Shown piece after piece: positions 48,729 through 60,473 of a stretch of DNA of 64,000 nt (position 1 is the stretch's first letter; the number at the start of each line of letters is the position of its first letter). The notes below the pieces were generated by a model. The model worked only from the letters and a program-made list of their open reading frames with translations. It was not told the origin of the DNA and made no database searches. Origin of the DNA: Oikopleura dioica (lineage: Eukaryota; Animalia; Chordata). Made by a program: the position numbers and the translations under genes. The stretch spans positions 5,146,001 to 5,210,000 of the forward strand of contig OU015569.1 in the NCBI GenBank assembly GCA_907165135.1, read 5' to 3'.

Positions 48729-49286
48729 ATGGAAAACTTACCTTTTTTTTGTTGCTCAACTCCAAGGGAATCCTCTCCCGAGCACGACTCTGGAATCCAT
48801 TTGACTCCAGAGTCTGGATACTATGAAGAGAAGACGTCCTATACTCATAATATCTCAGATTTTTATGAAAGATATCTTCAAAACACTAATCTTGACGGCT
48901 CTTTCGAGTCCGGATCACAGTCTCAAAAATCGGAGGATCTTTTCTCCAGAGAAGATATGCAATCACAAACTTTTTCTGAAACATCTATGCAAACGATCGA
49001 AGAAGAAGTTTATTATAAGAATTTGGCGGAAGAGTTTATGGGGCCTCCAGTCGAAACGTCTCTATCTCAAGAGTCGCAAACGAATTTTACTCAAGAGATA
49101 AATGAAGCCGTTGATGACGGTCAATTGTACCCGAACTCCCAACACTATTATCGAGAAATGGCGGAAGAATTTGAACGGGAAGAAGAAATGATTCATCCAG
49201 ACAGCCAAAGACCAGAGTCCCAGCAATGGTCGAGCCAACTTAGTGAGTCCTATGCAATCTTTGAAAAAACCGATTCCGACCAGTGA
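48729..49286 (+). CDS. Acidic Ser/Gln/Glu-rich disordered protein, intronless
   Basis: 185-codon ORF from the first ATG, with an internal repeat YYKNLAEEF / YYREMAEEF. Confidence 0.55.
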   Translation: MENLPFFCCSTPRESSPEHDSGIHLTPESGYYEEKTSYTHNISDFYERYLQNTNLDGSFESGSQSQKSEDLFSREDMQSQTFSETSMQTIEEEVYYKNLAEEFMGPPVETSLSQESQTNFTQEINEAVDDGQLYPNSQHYYREMAEEFEREEEMIHPDSQRPESQQWSSQLSESYAIFEKTDSDQ

Positions 49287-50095
49287 AAACCAACTTAACT
49301 TCACTTATTCCTTCACAACGATTTTCTTCTTTTTTCATCATTTTTTCCCAATTTGAGCGGCCGTACAATTTTTGTCTGGTAAACGAAACGATTTGGAAAT
49401 ACTTCTTCAACTACGCTTGGTCCTCCACGCCGCACTCGTTTTTTCTCATGGCCGCTCTTTCCCGCGCTCCTCCGCTAAGGGACGTTTTTTATCTTTATTT
49501 TTGCCTCAAGAAGCTCAATCTTACAATTATGTTTTGATCTCTTTTTATCAAATGTTGATTTAACAGAGAACTATAATAAGAAAATTGTAACTTTTTGATT
49601 TTGACTCTTTTCCAGAAACATCCCTAAGAAAGGCTTACGATGCGTGCTCAAAGGCGACGCTTTGCTCTGGGCAAGTATGCTCGTGGCCCGCGGCGTGTTA
49701 TCACCATGGCGAGTGCTATCAGTGGATTGGGCGAGTGGCGAGGCGACAAGAGCTGCAGATTACTGCCTTTGATGAGTAAATACCTCTCCGGCAGGCAACT
49801 TGAAGAAGCAGCCATCGACAGAGGCAAACTTAAAAGAGACAAGAAGACGACGTCCTCCTTATTGCATGGTGACCAATTAGGGATTGTTTTCCATTAGAAA
49901 AAATGTCCTCCTCAGACAACTTCTCAGACTGTAGTAATGCCTTATAGTAGTATTCTCGCTTTTTAAATGTTTACTCGAATTATCGTAAACTCAAGACTTT
50001 GAGAAGATGAGTGACTCTTATGAAATGGTGATGATAATGTTTGAGTCGCATTGCGCAAAACAGACATGTTTCATTTTTGAAAACAAGAGCAAAAG

Positions 50096-52940
50096 ATGGA
50101 AAATGCTCTTGAATTCGTCATGCCCCAAGCAGAGGACTCGACTGTAACAACCGTTTCTTTCGACCAGTCTGAAAGTCAAGATGGCGCATCGAACGATGGA
50201 GAAACCAGCTTTGCGAGCCACGAAACCGCGCACTTCACCGAACATCACGGCGATCACGACGAATTTGACGATTTGAATGCAATAACAGAAGAGAACGAGC
50301 CGCTCTGGACAGCTTCAACCCCTGACGATCCAAATCAAATGATGGAGGTAGAATCGACGAGCCCTAACTCTAGCAAAGCGAACTTTCGAATGCCCCTGAC
50401 AAATCTCAAACGACGAAAGTCACCTGGAGGAGGTTTGATTCTCTATTTTTGAGAAAGTATAATTAATGCTTAATCGTTTAGCTGAAGCACAAGAATTTCA
50501 CACGCGAGTCAATGCCAAGTCAAAGGTTATGTTTTCGTGTGACGTATGCGATTTGGAATTTTGCGACCCAAAACTGGCGGTCAAACACATTTCCGAAAAT
50601 CACATCCCTTCCATGCCTAATCTTGGCGCCAGCTCAACGATGAACCAGGAGCCGCAGCTGATCATCAGCAATCCGGACGGAGTCAAGACACAATTCCTCA
50701 TGGACGGGCAGCGCCTGTTAGACATGGACGGAGAGGGCGTTTTCATACAAATGGCCAACTCGTCAATCAAAGAGGGCAACTCCTGCCAGATAATAACGTC
50801 GAACGCAGCTAGTAGTAATTCCCCGTGATGCAGAGCCAGCAGCTTCACGGCTTGTCCGAGTTCAGTACCATTAAATACGAGACAATTCCCATAACCAGTT
50901 CCGTCTCCACGCCTCTCAACTACCCCAAGCCGACTCAAAAGAGCAAAACTGTTCCAATCGAAGCTGCTCCAAAAGCTCTGCCTTGGAAGTATCGCCAGTC
51001 GGAAGCATCGCGAAAGATCGATCATGTAGAAGTTGCTTCTGTCCCTATTCGAGGAGCGCAGCCTAATTTTCAGCAAATGCGAAAACACGGCAGCGACGAG
51101 TTTCTCAGAGAAGACCATCTTGAAGATCAAAATCGAAATCGTCAGCTGATGGCTCCTGTTGGAAACCCCGTCGTTGTCGACGCTTACTCGAGTAGTCACA
51201 CCTCGCCATTGTCCTTTCCAGAAGATGTGCTTGAAGCGGACCTAATGGGAATGTCCAAATCCGACAAGGTAGAACTATCGAATGTATATCTAGCTTGAAT
51301 TATTTAAATAAACTATTTACAAAATAATTAATTTAAGGCAGTTACTATCGGCGAGAAACGCTTCACATGCGAGAAGTGCAACAAGCAATTCTACCGCAAG
51401 AATAAGCTTCTGCAACACATGGACGGACACGCGGCGGAAAAGATGCATCAATGCCAGTACTGCGGGAAACGTTTTCAGTTTAAAACATCGCTTGTGCACC
51501 ATTTGAATTGTCACTCAGCGAATCCGCGATTCAAGTGTCATTTCTGTGGCAAAATACTCTCCGCGCACAAGATGCTCCTCAAACACCTAGTGAAGCAGCA
51601 TGGCCAATCTGTAGACGATGAACTTGTTCCCGTCCACAAATGCGAGGACTGCGGCTACAAGACGATTTATAAGTCCGATTTGACCAAGCACAGGCGGAAA
51701 CACACTGGAGAAAAGCCCTACAGATGTCCCATTTGCTTCAAAGAATTCTCTGATTCGTCGATTCTGCGAAGGCATGAAGTTGTGCACACAGGCGCGAAAC
51801 CGTGGAAGTGCAGCTTCTGCGATAAAGCATACACTCTCCGCTCCACTCTGACTAATCACATCAAAAAGGTATGCTAAATAAAAAAGTGCTCTTACAAAAA
51901 GTTCAAGGCGCACAGTGCTTGGGCAAATGTAAATGTCTGTACCTATCAGAATTGCAACAAAGCCTTTGCGACGCATGATGAGTACGTCAAGCATTCAAAA
52001 GAATGCCGTGGCAATTATCAGCCATCGCCCAGCACTGCCTCGCCCGTCTCTGCAAAAGAAACAGAAATTCTTATAGGTAGCATTCTTCTTTTGAAATTTT
52101 TCCAACAGTGAATCTCCTTATGTAGGCAACTCTTCGAAGCAGTGCAAGTTTCTCGGCACTCAAGTTCCGAACGGCGATCTTCACAAGATCAATTCTGGCT
52201 TCCAGATTGTCAATGTGCCTCAAAACGACGAATCCAAGGTCCAAATAATCGCCTCGCTCGAGCACTCGCATTTGGAAGACGGAATAACTCTTGACGATGC
52301 TGGACGAGTTTTTACAAACCAACAACTGGAGGTAACATCTTCATTAGTTTCCTGTGTTAATTAAGTTCAAATAAGACGATTGTATTCGATCGACAACTGA
52401 CTCAGAGCGACTCGAACGTCCTTCAAGTTGAGAATGGTCTCAGCCAAGAATACAGAATAGTCGGAATCCTGCCAGAGAACACTTCTCGAAAGGTATAAAC
52501 CTTATTAATAAAAAACCGGTTCAAAATTGAAGACGATGCGCGTACCAACCACAAGCATGGTTCCGATCTCGACGTATTCCTCGACTATGTACGACTCTGA
52601 CATGAAGCCGGTAAGTCATGAGAACCTAGTCAAGTTGATTCAAAAATCGCATCGCAGGTCAATCAGATCTCTACAGCCTACAGACAGATGGTCGTTCAAG
52701 ATGCTCGACAAAATGGACATGTTCTGAATGAGCAAATTGAATTCGTGAGTGCGCTATGTTTGACTCTATGCTAATACTATTCAGGCTCAACAGAATCCGA
52801 TTGTCTACCAAGATGCAGACGAGTCGAAAAGCTTGATAGTCTCGAGCGCGAGTAATGGCAGCATTCACCTGGTGCATACAGTCGCCATGGCCAATACAGG
52901 ATCTAGCACTAATTCTGTACCACAGCCCAGAACCAGTTGA
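50096..52940 (+). CDS. C2H2 zinc-finger transcription factor
   Basis: One isolated finger (CDVC..HISENH), a cluster of about 6 fingers with TGEKPY and TGAKPW linkers, one further degenerate finger, and acidic/Q-rich termini. Confidence 0.88.
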
Positions 52941-53241
52941 GTCCGAGTACCAAGTACCTGTATGCCTTTCATTTCATAGTTCCGTTGCCAGACAAAAATT
53001 CGCGTGCCTTTGTTTTTCTACCATTTTTTACCTCCCGGGAGACCCCCTTTTCTTCAATTTCTATCTATTTTAGGCTCACTTAGATTATTCTTCAGAAGAC
53101 TCTCTTTTTTTACTTTTCAACTAACTTTAATTCAAAATTGCTGATTCATTCAGACTATTTATTTATTCTGTACACTTATTTATTAAATAAAATTAACCGA
53201 AATAACGAACGAGTATATTTCTCTAAGGTTCGAATTGTAGA

Positions 53242-56095
53242 ATGAGCTACAGTAGATCCTTGGAAGATAGTCCAACAAAGAAATCAAAGCAAGCCAGGGT
53301 TGGGGTCGATTGGAACGAGTGTCTGGTAGGCGGCGAGGAAGTTCAGGAACCGATTAACTTTCTTGTAAAATTTTTTGAAAGAAAGAATACTTTCAAATAA
53401 TGGTTAATGTTGGATATTCGTTCTGAAGCTGCAGTACGCTGAACATGGTTGCGATTTCCAAATTGTCGAGCTTTTCGACAAGAGCAAGGTTGGAAGTCTT
53501 TCGGAGGCGAAACCGAGCGAACGATTCATGGGAGAAGCGTACGTCGATAACCATCTCAAATCGAGTGAATGGTGCCAGTACAATGTGCCTAGAATTCACG
53601 TCCCTGAAGGGATAGAGTCCATGGAAGCTAAGGAGAACTTGGCAGCAGCAGAGATCGTCGATGTATGTAACAGAATTCAACTGTTTAAAGCGATATGGTT
53701 GAAAAATAATTTGTTTAGGAGCAAATCAACTGGGCATTCTTCATGTCGACTCCGGGAGTATTAATTTCCATCAAGGAAGAGCACCAGAATCTCGTCAGAC
53801 ACATCTCGAAGAGCATGAATTCTCATATCAATGACTACCCGGTCATGGCCGAGATACCAGTAGTGATGAAGACTGATGACGAAAATAACGAGGTGGAAAA
53901 TGGCGCGTTGAAAGCCTGGAGAGTCTGGGACTCGCTCAGAATGGCTTGCGATCATAAATTAAGGCTGCTAACAGTGTATGTCACAAATGATATGCCGAAA
54001 AACTATTTTTTTATGTAGCCTTCGTTTGGGAACAGAGGTGCCGCTAGAATACGAAAAAGATTTCAACCGATGGTTGGGCGAGCCTATTTACGCCATCATC
54101 ATCGAGGACGACTGTTGGACACTGAATCGAGCCGGTTATCCTTGTCTCACCAAGTCGCATCAGAACTTTATCAGCAAGTTCGTGCACATGGACCCACTGA
54201 TCATCATTGAAACGAAGGGAATGAACGAGGAATTGCACCTGCGAGTGTCTTACATCAAAAATGGAAAGTGGCCGCAGTGGTTGAGAAATGTGCCGGACAT
54301 TAACGGCTATCGCGAATCCGGCCAGTCCGTCTCATTGATGGACTATCTTCAAAGTAAGACCTCTCCGAAGCTTCGAGCTTGATAAAATCTGCTTTAGCGC
54401 CGCTTCAGCCGTTGATGGACGATTTGGAATCGCTGACTTACGAGACCTTCGAAAAAGATCCAGTGAAATACGATCTTTATCAGCAAGCAGTAGAAAAGGC
54501 TCTGAAGGCGAAAGATTTGGATGAAACGATAGTTTTCATGCTCGGTGCTGGAAGAGGCCCAATTGTCGATAAGATTTTGAGGGCTGCGAAGAATGTCGGC
54601 AAGAGGATCAAAGTCTATGCGATCGAGAAGAATCCAAGTGCAGTCAATATTCTCAGGTAGAAAATCGAAGGAACTTCCATTATTCATCTACCATTCGCAA
54701 GACTTAAGAATAATGAGCTACAGATGTGGGGAGGCAATGTGGAAATCATATCCTCGGACATGCGTGATTGGAAGCCGGATTTCAAAGCTGACATTATAGT
54801 CTCCGAATTGTTGGGTTCTTTCAGCTGTAATGAGCTTTCGCCTGAATGTCTTATTGGAGCCAATCATCTGCTAAAGGTAATAAATCTTATTTGTAAATGT
54901 GGTGACCGAGAAGTAAATTTCAAACTACTGGAAAATTAACACATAATTGTCCTGTGATTGATGGCCAACCATAATTGCCGATCACTAATAGTGGTTACTA
55001 GTAATTACTATTTCAAAAGAGTTTCCGGACTTCTTAAAACTAAGAAAGAAAGCTTCGACGTTCTGTATCGATTTGGGTTCGTACTTAACAGTTCAGGAAG
55101 TGTTAGCTCAGTTCAATTACGTGCGTAATTCTTTTTTGCGTTGAGCGCGGCGCTGCGCGATTTCAGATTTTGCGTAGGTGCGCCGCGCAGAGTGGGCGCT
55201 TCTACTATTCGCTCCACGTGCCACCCGAGTAAAATTGAGCCACAGCGAGAAATTCCCTCCTTTCCCTTGAGAAATTTTCTCAGAGATCCAATCAGAAGCA
55301 CTCAATGGGAACTAATTATTTTGTTCCTTTTTTGAGAGAGATCTAGTCGAAAACCTCGGTCGTCCTATTTAATTTGAATAGGTAAACTATAGAGAAACTT
55401 CTCCGAAGGATTGTTGAACTAAATTCTCAATGCTGATTATTTAGGATGATGCTATTTCTATACCCACATGGTATACTTCGTACCTGGCTCCGATGACGTC
55501 AGAAAGTCTCTACCGAGCTGTGAAGAAAAGTGCCAAGGTGGACAGACCAGCGTCCTTTACATTCGAATGCAATTACGTAGTTAACATGAACAACAAGGTA
55601 TTACTTTCCAAAAACCTTAATTTTATAATGTTTTTTTTTTTCGCAGCTTATTCTTGGCGAAGAAAAGGAAGTATTCTCCTTCAGCCACCCGAAGGCCTTC
55701 ATGAAAGGTGGCAATTCCTTCGATCAGCGAGCTTGTCTTTCATGGAAGCTGGCTTCCGAAGCCCGAGTTCACGGTTTCGCTGGCTACTTCCACTGCTGTC
55801 TGTACGACGATGTGTTCATGTCGATTACTCCGAAGCATCACTCGCCTAAAATGTTCAGGTACTGTCATTTTTTAAGCTTCGACGTATTATTTAAGTTTCC
55901 AGTTGGTTTCCCGTGTTCTTCCCGATCGAAACACCAATGAAAGTGCGGGCTGGCGAGACTTTAACAGTACACATGTGGCGTTGCACGAGAAAGCGCGATG
56001 CCAAAACTTGGTACGAATGGCGAGTCACCTCTCCGGACGTCACCCGTACTTTCAACCCAGCTGGTCGAGCCCAATCAATCGGCTCCCACTCCTAG
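53242..56095 (+). CDS. PRMT5: Protein arginine methyltransferase 5
   Basis: [45 protein letters not shown], double-E loop [38 protein letters not shown]. Confidence 0.93.
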
Positions 56096-56252
56096 ATTTT
56101 TGAATATTTTATTTATTACTTTCTTCAAACCTCACATAACTGCCTTCCCGAAGGGGCGATGCTCAGCGAAAGCCCAACATGTTCGAGGTTCAAGTTACTC
56201 AAGTAACTTACTGATTGTGTTCTTTACAGATTGATTATCGGCTCTCGGAAAT

Positions 56253-56806
56253 ATGCGCGCTGAGCTTTGTCACTTCAGCGGCCTCAAGATCCACCCCGGC
56301 CATGGCATGAGCCACTGCCGAGCCGACGGAAAGGTCATCCGAATGATCAACAGCAAGGTCGCCTCCTTGTACCACAACAAGAAGAACCCCAGAAAGCTTC
56401 GATGGACCATCCTCTACCGACGAAAGAACAAGAAGGGCATCAGGTATTGGAAAGCGAAAGTAGAGTCCTTGTGAATAATCAGATTAGCCAGGAAGCTTCT
56501 GTGAAGCGACGTGTCCGACGTAACGTCAAGGCCACCAAAGCTGTCGGAGGACTCAGCTACACTGAAATCCTCAACAAGAAGATGCAGAAGCCCGAGGTAA
56601 GACCTACCCAAGAGCCCACTTTCCACCGACCCTTGTAGATCCGACAGAAGCAGCGAGAAAACGCCATCCGAGCTGCCAAGGACAAGAAGAAGGCCAACGA
56701 GGCTAACAAGAAGGCCGCTCGCTCCGCCACTCTTGCTAAGGGCAAGGCCGCCGCTCCCGTCGCCAAGCAGATGAAGAAGGGCGGTGCCAAGGCTGGAAAG
56801 CGCTAA
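56253..56806 (+). CDS. RPL24: 60S ribosomal protein L24
   Basis: LCHFSGLKIHPGHG..RADGK..NPRKLRWTILYRRKNKKG; 3 exons; Lys/Ala-rich tail. Confidence 0.95.
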
Positions 56807-56903
56807 AAACTTCCCCTGTCTTAATTAGTATTTAACTTTGTACTTTGACAGGAGTTGTGTTCATTCAAGTTACTTAAAATTGGGCGTTTTAGATTTGATC
56901 GAA

Positions 56904-57911
56904 ATGGGCGCATACAAGTACATGAACGAAGTTTGGCGCAAGAAGTCTTCGGACACTATGCGATACTTGCAGCGGTAACTTTATATTCACCTTTTTCAGG
57001 GCTTGACCATTTGTTTAAGAATTCGGGTCTGGCAGTACCGAAACCTCAACACCATCCACCGAGCTTCCAAGCCCACTCGACCAGAGAAGGCCCGACGACT
57101 CGGATACAAGGCCACTCAGGGCTTCGTCGTTTACAGGCACAGAGGGTTGCACGGCCTAGCTCAAATTACCTGCGATTAGGATAGCCAAAGAATGAAAACG
57201 GCAAAGAGTTACTCGGAAACACGGGGCGCGTGTCCGGTAACAAACCAGTTCTCGACTCTTCTCCGCGTTTTCTTAGTCTAGTCGCTCTAAAAACTTCTAG
57301 CGCGTGGAGAAACACTATGATTCCAAGTAATGACTCGTCATGAAACGAATTTAGAGACTGGAAAATCCAGCAGAGGGCCTTATGCAAACGTAGACGGACA
57401 CGTTTCTAAACGTCCGCGGTGAATGTTCAACCACTTGACAGAATCAAGATCCGACGAGGTGGACGAAAGAAGCCTGTCCCCAAGGGAGCTACCATGGGTA
57501 AGCCCACCAACATGGGTGTGTTCGTCCAGTTCGCCCGACGACTTCAGTCCGTCGCTGAGGAGCGAGTTGGCCGACACTGCGGCTCTCTCCGAGTCTTGAA
57601 CTCCTACTGGGTTGGTGAAGACTCCACTTACAAGTACTTCGAGGTCATCCTCGTCGACCCCAACCACAACGCCGTCCGAAACAACCCCAAGCTCCAATGG
57701 ATCACTGCTCCAGTGCAGAAGCACCGAGAAATGCGAGGCCTTACCTCCGCTGGCAAGCGATCCCGAGGTGTCGGCAAGGTTAGTTCAATTCAGCTCGTAA
57801 TCGCCCATAACTCGCTTTGCTCAGGGTCACAAGTTCACCAACTCCATCGGTGGCTCCACCCACGCCGCCTGGAAGCGACGAAACACCCTTCGACTCCGAC
57901 GAAAGCGATAA
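56904..57911 (+). CDS. RPL15: 60S ribosomal protein L15
   Basis: [75 protein letters not shown]; 4 exons. Confidence 0.96.
57145..57430 (+). ncRNA. Candidate intronic structured RNA (H/ACA snoRNA-like) in RPL15 intron 2
   Basis: 305-nt GC-AG intron with several hairpins; ANANNA boxes directly after two of them (AAAGAA 57187, ACACTA 57312). Confidence 0.35.
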
Positions 57912-58095
57912 ACTTCCTGTACTTGCCACCTTTGAAGAGTCTCATACTAATCTGCCAGACTTTTACTGTGAGCTCTTTATCGGGAAAAATAAAAGGCGAA
58001 AGGACGCACTTGACGTTAGTGATTATTACGCAATCGATATGCGCATGTTATAAGGCAGGAGGCAACGATCAGTGACTGATCATGGCTAGTTTAGA

Positions 58096-58487
58096 ATGAG
58101 AAAATTATTAGTAACTTTGCGAGCAAGCGGAATTAGAGAGAGGGCCAGGAATTTATCAGAGAAACCGCCGAGAATCCCGATTTATGCAGGTTAGAGAGAT
58201 CAGCTCTTAGCTTAGATTTTATGGTTTCTAGTGGCGAAGGGTCACAATCCTGGGATTTACTTCTCTAAGGCAGGGTCTTGAGAGGGCAACGTCTGCCCTA
58301 CCTCCTAGAATAGAGAATAATGAGTAATCAATCGTACTTAGCTTTAGCTGTTCACGCCTCTCTAAACCCGTACGAGAAAGCGGTCATGAAAGAAGTATCG
58401 GATTTTGATAGTCCAGTTTTTGCGAAAGTGTTGACGGTCGAAGCGGCGAAGAAATTTCTGTCTGAATTCGGCGAGCAAGCAAAGTGA
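58096..58487 (+). CDS. RNase H1 N-terminal hybrid-binding (Cauli_VI-like) domain exons, standalone or fused to OGG1
   Basis: Spliced: MRKLLVTLRASGIRERARNLSEKPPRIPIYAVAKGHNPGIYFSKKAVMKEVSDFDSPVFAKVLTVEAAKKFLSEF. The second intron needs a GC or GG donor. Confidence 0.7.
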
Positions 58488-58523
58488 ACGAGAATTCCTC
58501 TAACACAACTGTTTCATTGCAGA

Positions 58524-60345
58524 ATGATTCGAATTGATCGAAAAGTGCTCGATATTGAAAAGGTACTCCAGATGGGCATGACCTTTCGCTGGCATAAGAA
58601 TGAAGATTCGTGGGAAGGGGTAATTGGGAGGTGAGAATCGACGGTACATTCGTCCGAATTCGGAATTTTCAATTTAAAGGAACGCATTCCGATTGCAACA
58701 AGTTGATGAAGGTATAAAATATTCGCTCCTCAATCTGACAGAGAAAAATAATGATGCACTCATTGAACAACAACTGCGCCAGTTTTTCGACTTGGACAGG
58801 GATTACAAAATTTCGAACGACGATAAAAACATGCTTGAAGCCATCGCAACTTACGATGGTATTCGCCAGCTACAACTGGACCCAGTGGAGACACTATTCA
58901 GCTTTATTTGCTCCAGCAACAACCACATCTCAAGGTTTCGCATAAGTAACAAATGCAATTGTGTGATTAAGATTTAGAATATCTTCCATGATGGTTTACC
59001 TTGGTAGAAAAGGGCCCCTTCTCGTTTGTGGTCCAGTTGACCTTCACCAATTTCCTGATATTAAAACACTTGCTGCGCTAACAGAAAAAGAGGTGAGTTG
59101 GTGATACTGTTTCACTTTTCACAAACGACTATTTGACAGAAAGAAGATTTATTAATAAATTGTAAAGCTACGAGAAGCCCAGTTCGGCTATCGCGCAAAA
59201 TACATCGTGAAAACTGCCCAAATGATTTTGGAGAACGGCGGCGATGCCTGGGTAGAAGAGCTTCAAAATCAGGACTACGATGTGGCAGTGGAAAAGTTGA
59301 TGACTCTTTCTGGAATTGGGCGAAAAGTAGCTGATTGCATCGTTTTATACGGCGTGAGTATTTGCTCTGCGTTTTCACAGAAAGTGTAGAATTAGTCTAC
59401 AAGACTGACAAACATCTCTGAAGAAAATTGTATAATTGAACAGGAATTCTTGGTTTACCGATTTGTAAGCTACGGACATGCTGCAGACGTTCGGTTGTGA
59501 GTGGCGATTTCGCAGTCTATCCATTGCGCTAGGATTAGAATCCAGTAAAAATAGCTCACTAAAGCAAAATAACCTCCATTTTCTATTCATTTGCTCCTGT
59601 TTATAAACACGGGCCGCCTTTTTCATATATGCCCAAACAGCGATCAAGGTCAATATTGTCTACGAATTGATGAACAAAAAATAGAAACTATAAACTCACG
59701 TAAATGATAACTACGTAGATGATAATAACTCTCAAGTCGAGGACCTCCGTTTGTAAAATAGACATTGATTCTTTGAGTGTATTTCTTAATCTCTCGCGGG
59801 TACCTTTTTGATAGCTCTCATCAACAACTATGCATTAATATTGAACGAATATTTTTTAGCTGAATAAGCGCCAGGCGATTCCTCTCGACGTGCATTTGAT
59901 ACGAATCGCGAACCGCGGTAATACAGCTGTAAATTATAATTACTTACTCTCCGTTAGATTACGGTTTGCGCGAAGCTGAGAAGGGCCTCACCCCGGCGCG
60001 ATACAACAGCATTGTCGCGAGATTGAGGGAAACTTGGGGCGAAGATTCGGGGTACGTCCAGGAAAGGGATATCAGCGCCAAGAATTTACTCCTGGATCCT
60101 CTCAAAAAAAAAATTGCAATAATCCCTACAAAAAGACGGTGCTTTTCTTTAAAGAATTGCAGCTTGCGAAGGCGAAGAAAGGAGTAGGAAAGAGGAAGCC
60201 AAAGAAAGAAACGACAGACGTGAAGTTAGAGCAAGAATCCCTCCCTAAAAGGGGCAGACAGTGTGCGAAGAAATCCCCAGAGGAGAAGAAACTAAAGACA
60301 GAAGGAAGACGTAGAAGTAAAAGCAGTCGAAGGCTCGAATTTTAG
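58524..60345 (+). CDS. OGG1: 8-oxoguanine DNA glycosylase
   Basis: GMTFRW, DPVETLFSFICSSNNHISR, FGYRAKYI, HhH GIGRKVADC (catalytic Lys), AIPLDVH (catalytic Asp), WGEDSGYVQ|TVLF, basic tail. Confidence 0.92.
59375..59765 (-). CDS. Nested antisense gene for a single-pass membrane microprotein inside an OGG1 intron
   Basis: ATG 59765; GT-AG introns 59660-59699 (40 nt) and 59529-59573 (45 nt) keep the frame; TM VIIIYVVIIYTILTLIAVWAYM followed by KK. Confidence 0.62.
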
Positions 60346-60473
60346 GCGCTAAGCTTTTACAGTAACTTTTACTGTACAAACGCACTGCCAGCTTTTGACT
60401 GCCATATATTTTTTGAGAAGATACTATTTGTATTTAGCGCTAATTAGGAACTGAAAATTAAGAATTCTTAAAA

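Noticed and set aside
49616-49897. Cys-rich exon-like block upstream of the zinc-finger gene
   Set aside because: All three frames are partly open and I could not tie it by phase to either neighbour.
50600-51994. Minus-strand ORFs of 199 and 135 aa
   Set aside because: Antisense shadows of the zinc-finger gene.
54877-55445. Long PRMT5 intron with a GC-rich/CCAAT core as a transposon
   Set aside because: No terminal inverted repeats or target duplication found. It could be regulatory, but that is unsupported.
57340-57410. RNase MRP/P-like words (GGAAAATCC, GCAGAG, ACGTAGAC, CACGGGGC) in the RPL15 intron
   Set aside because: The conserved regions are in the wrong order and the P4 pairing cannot form.
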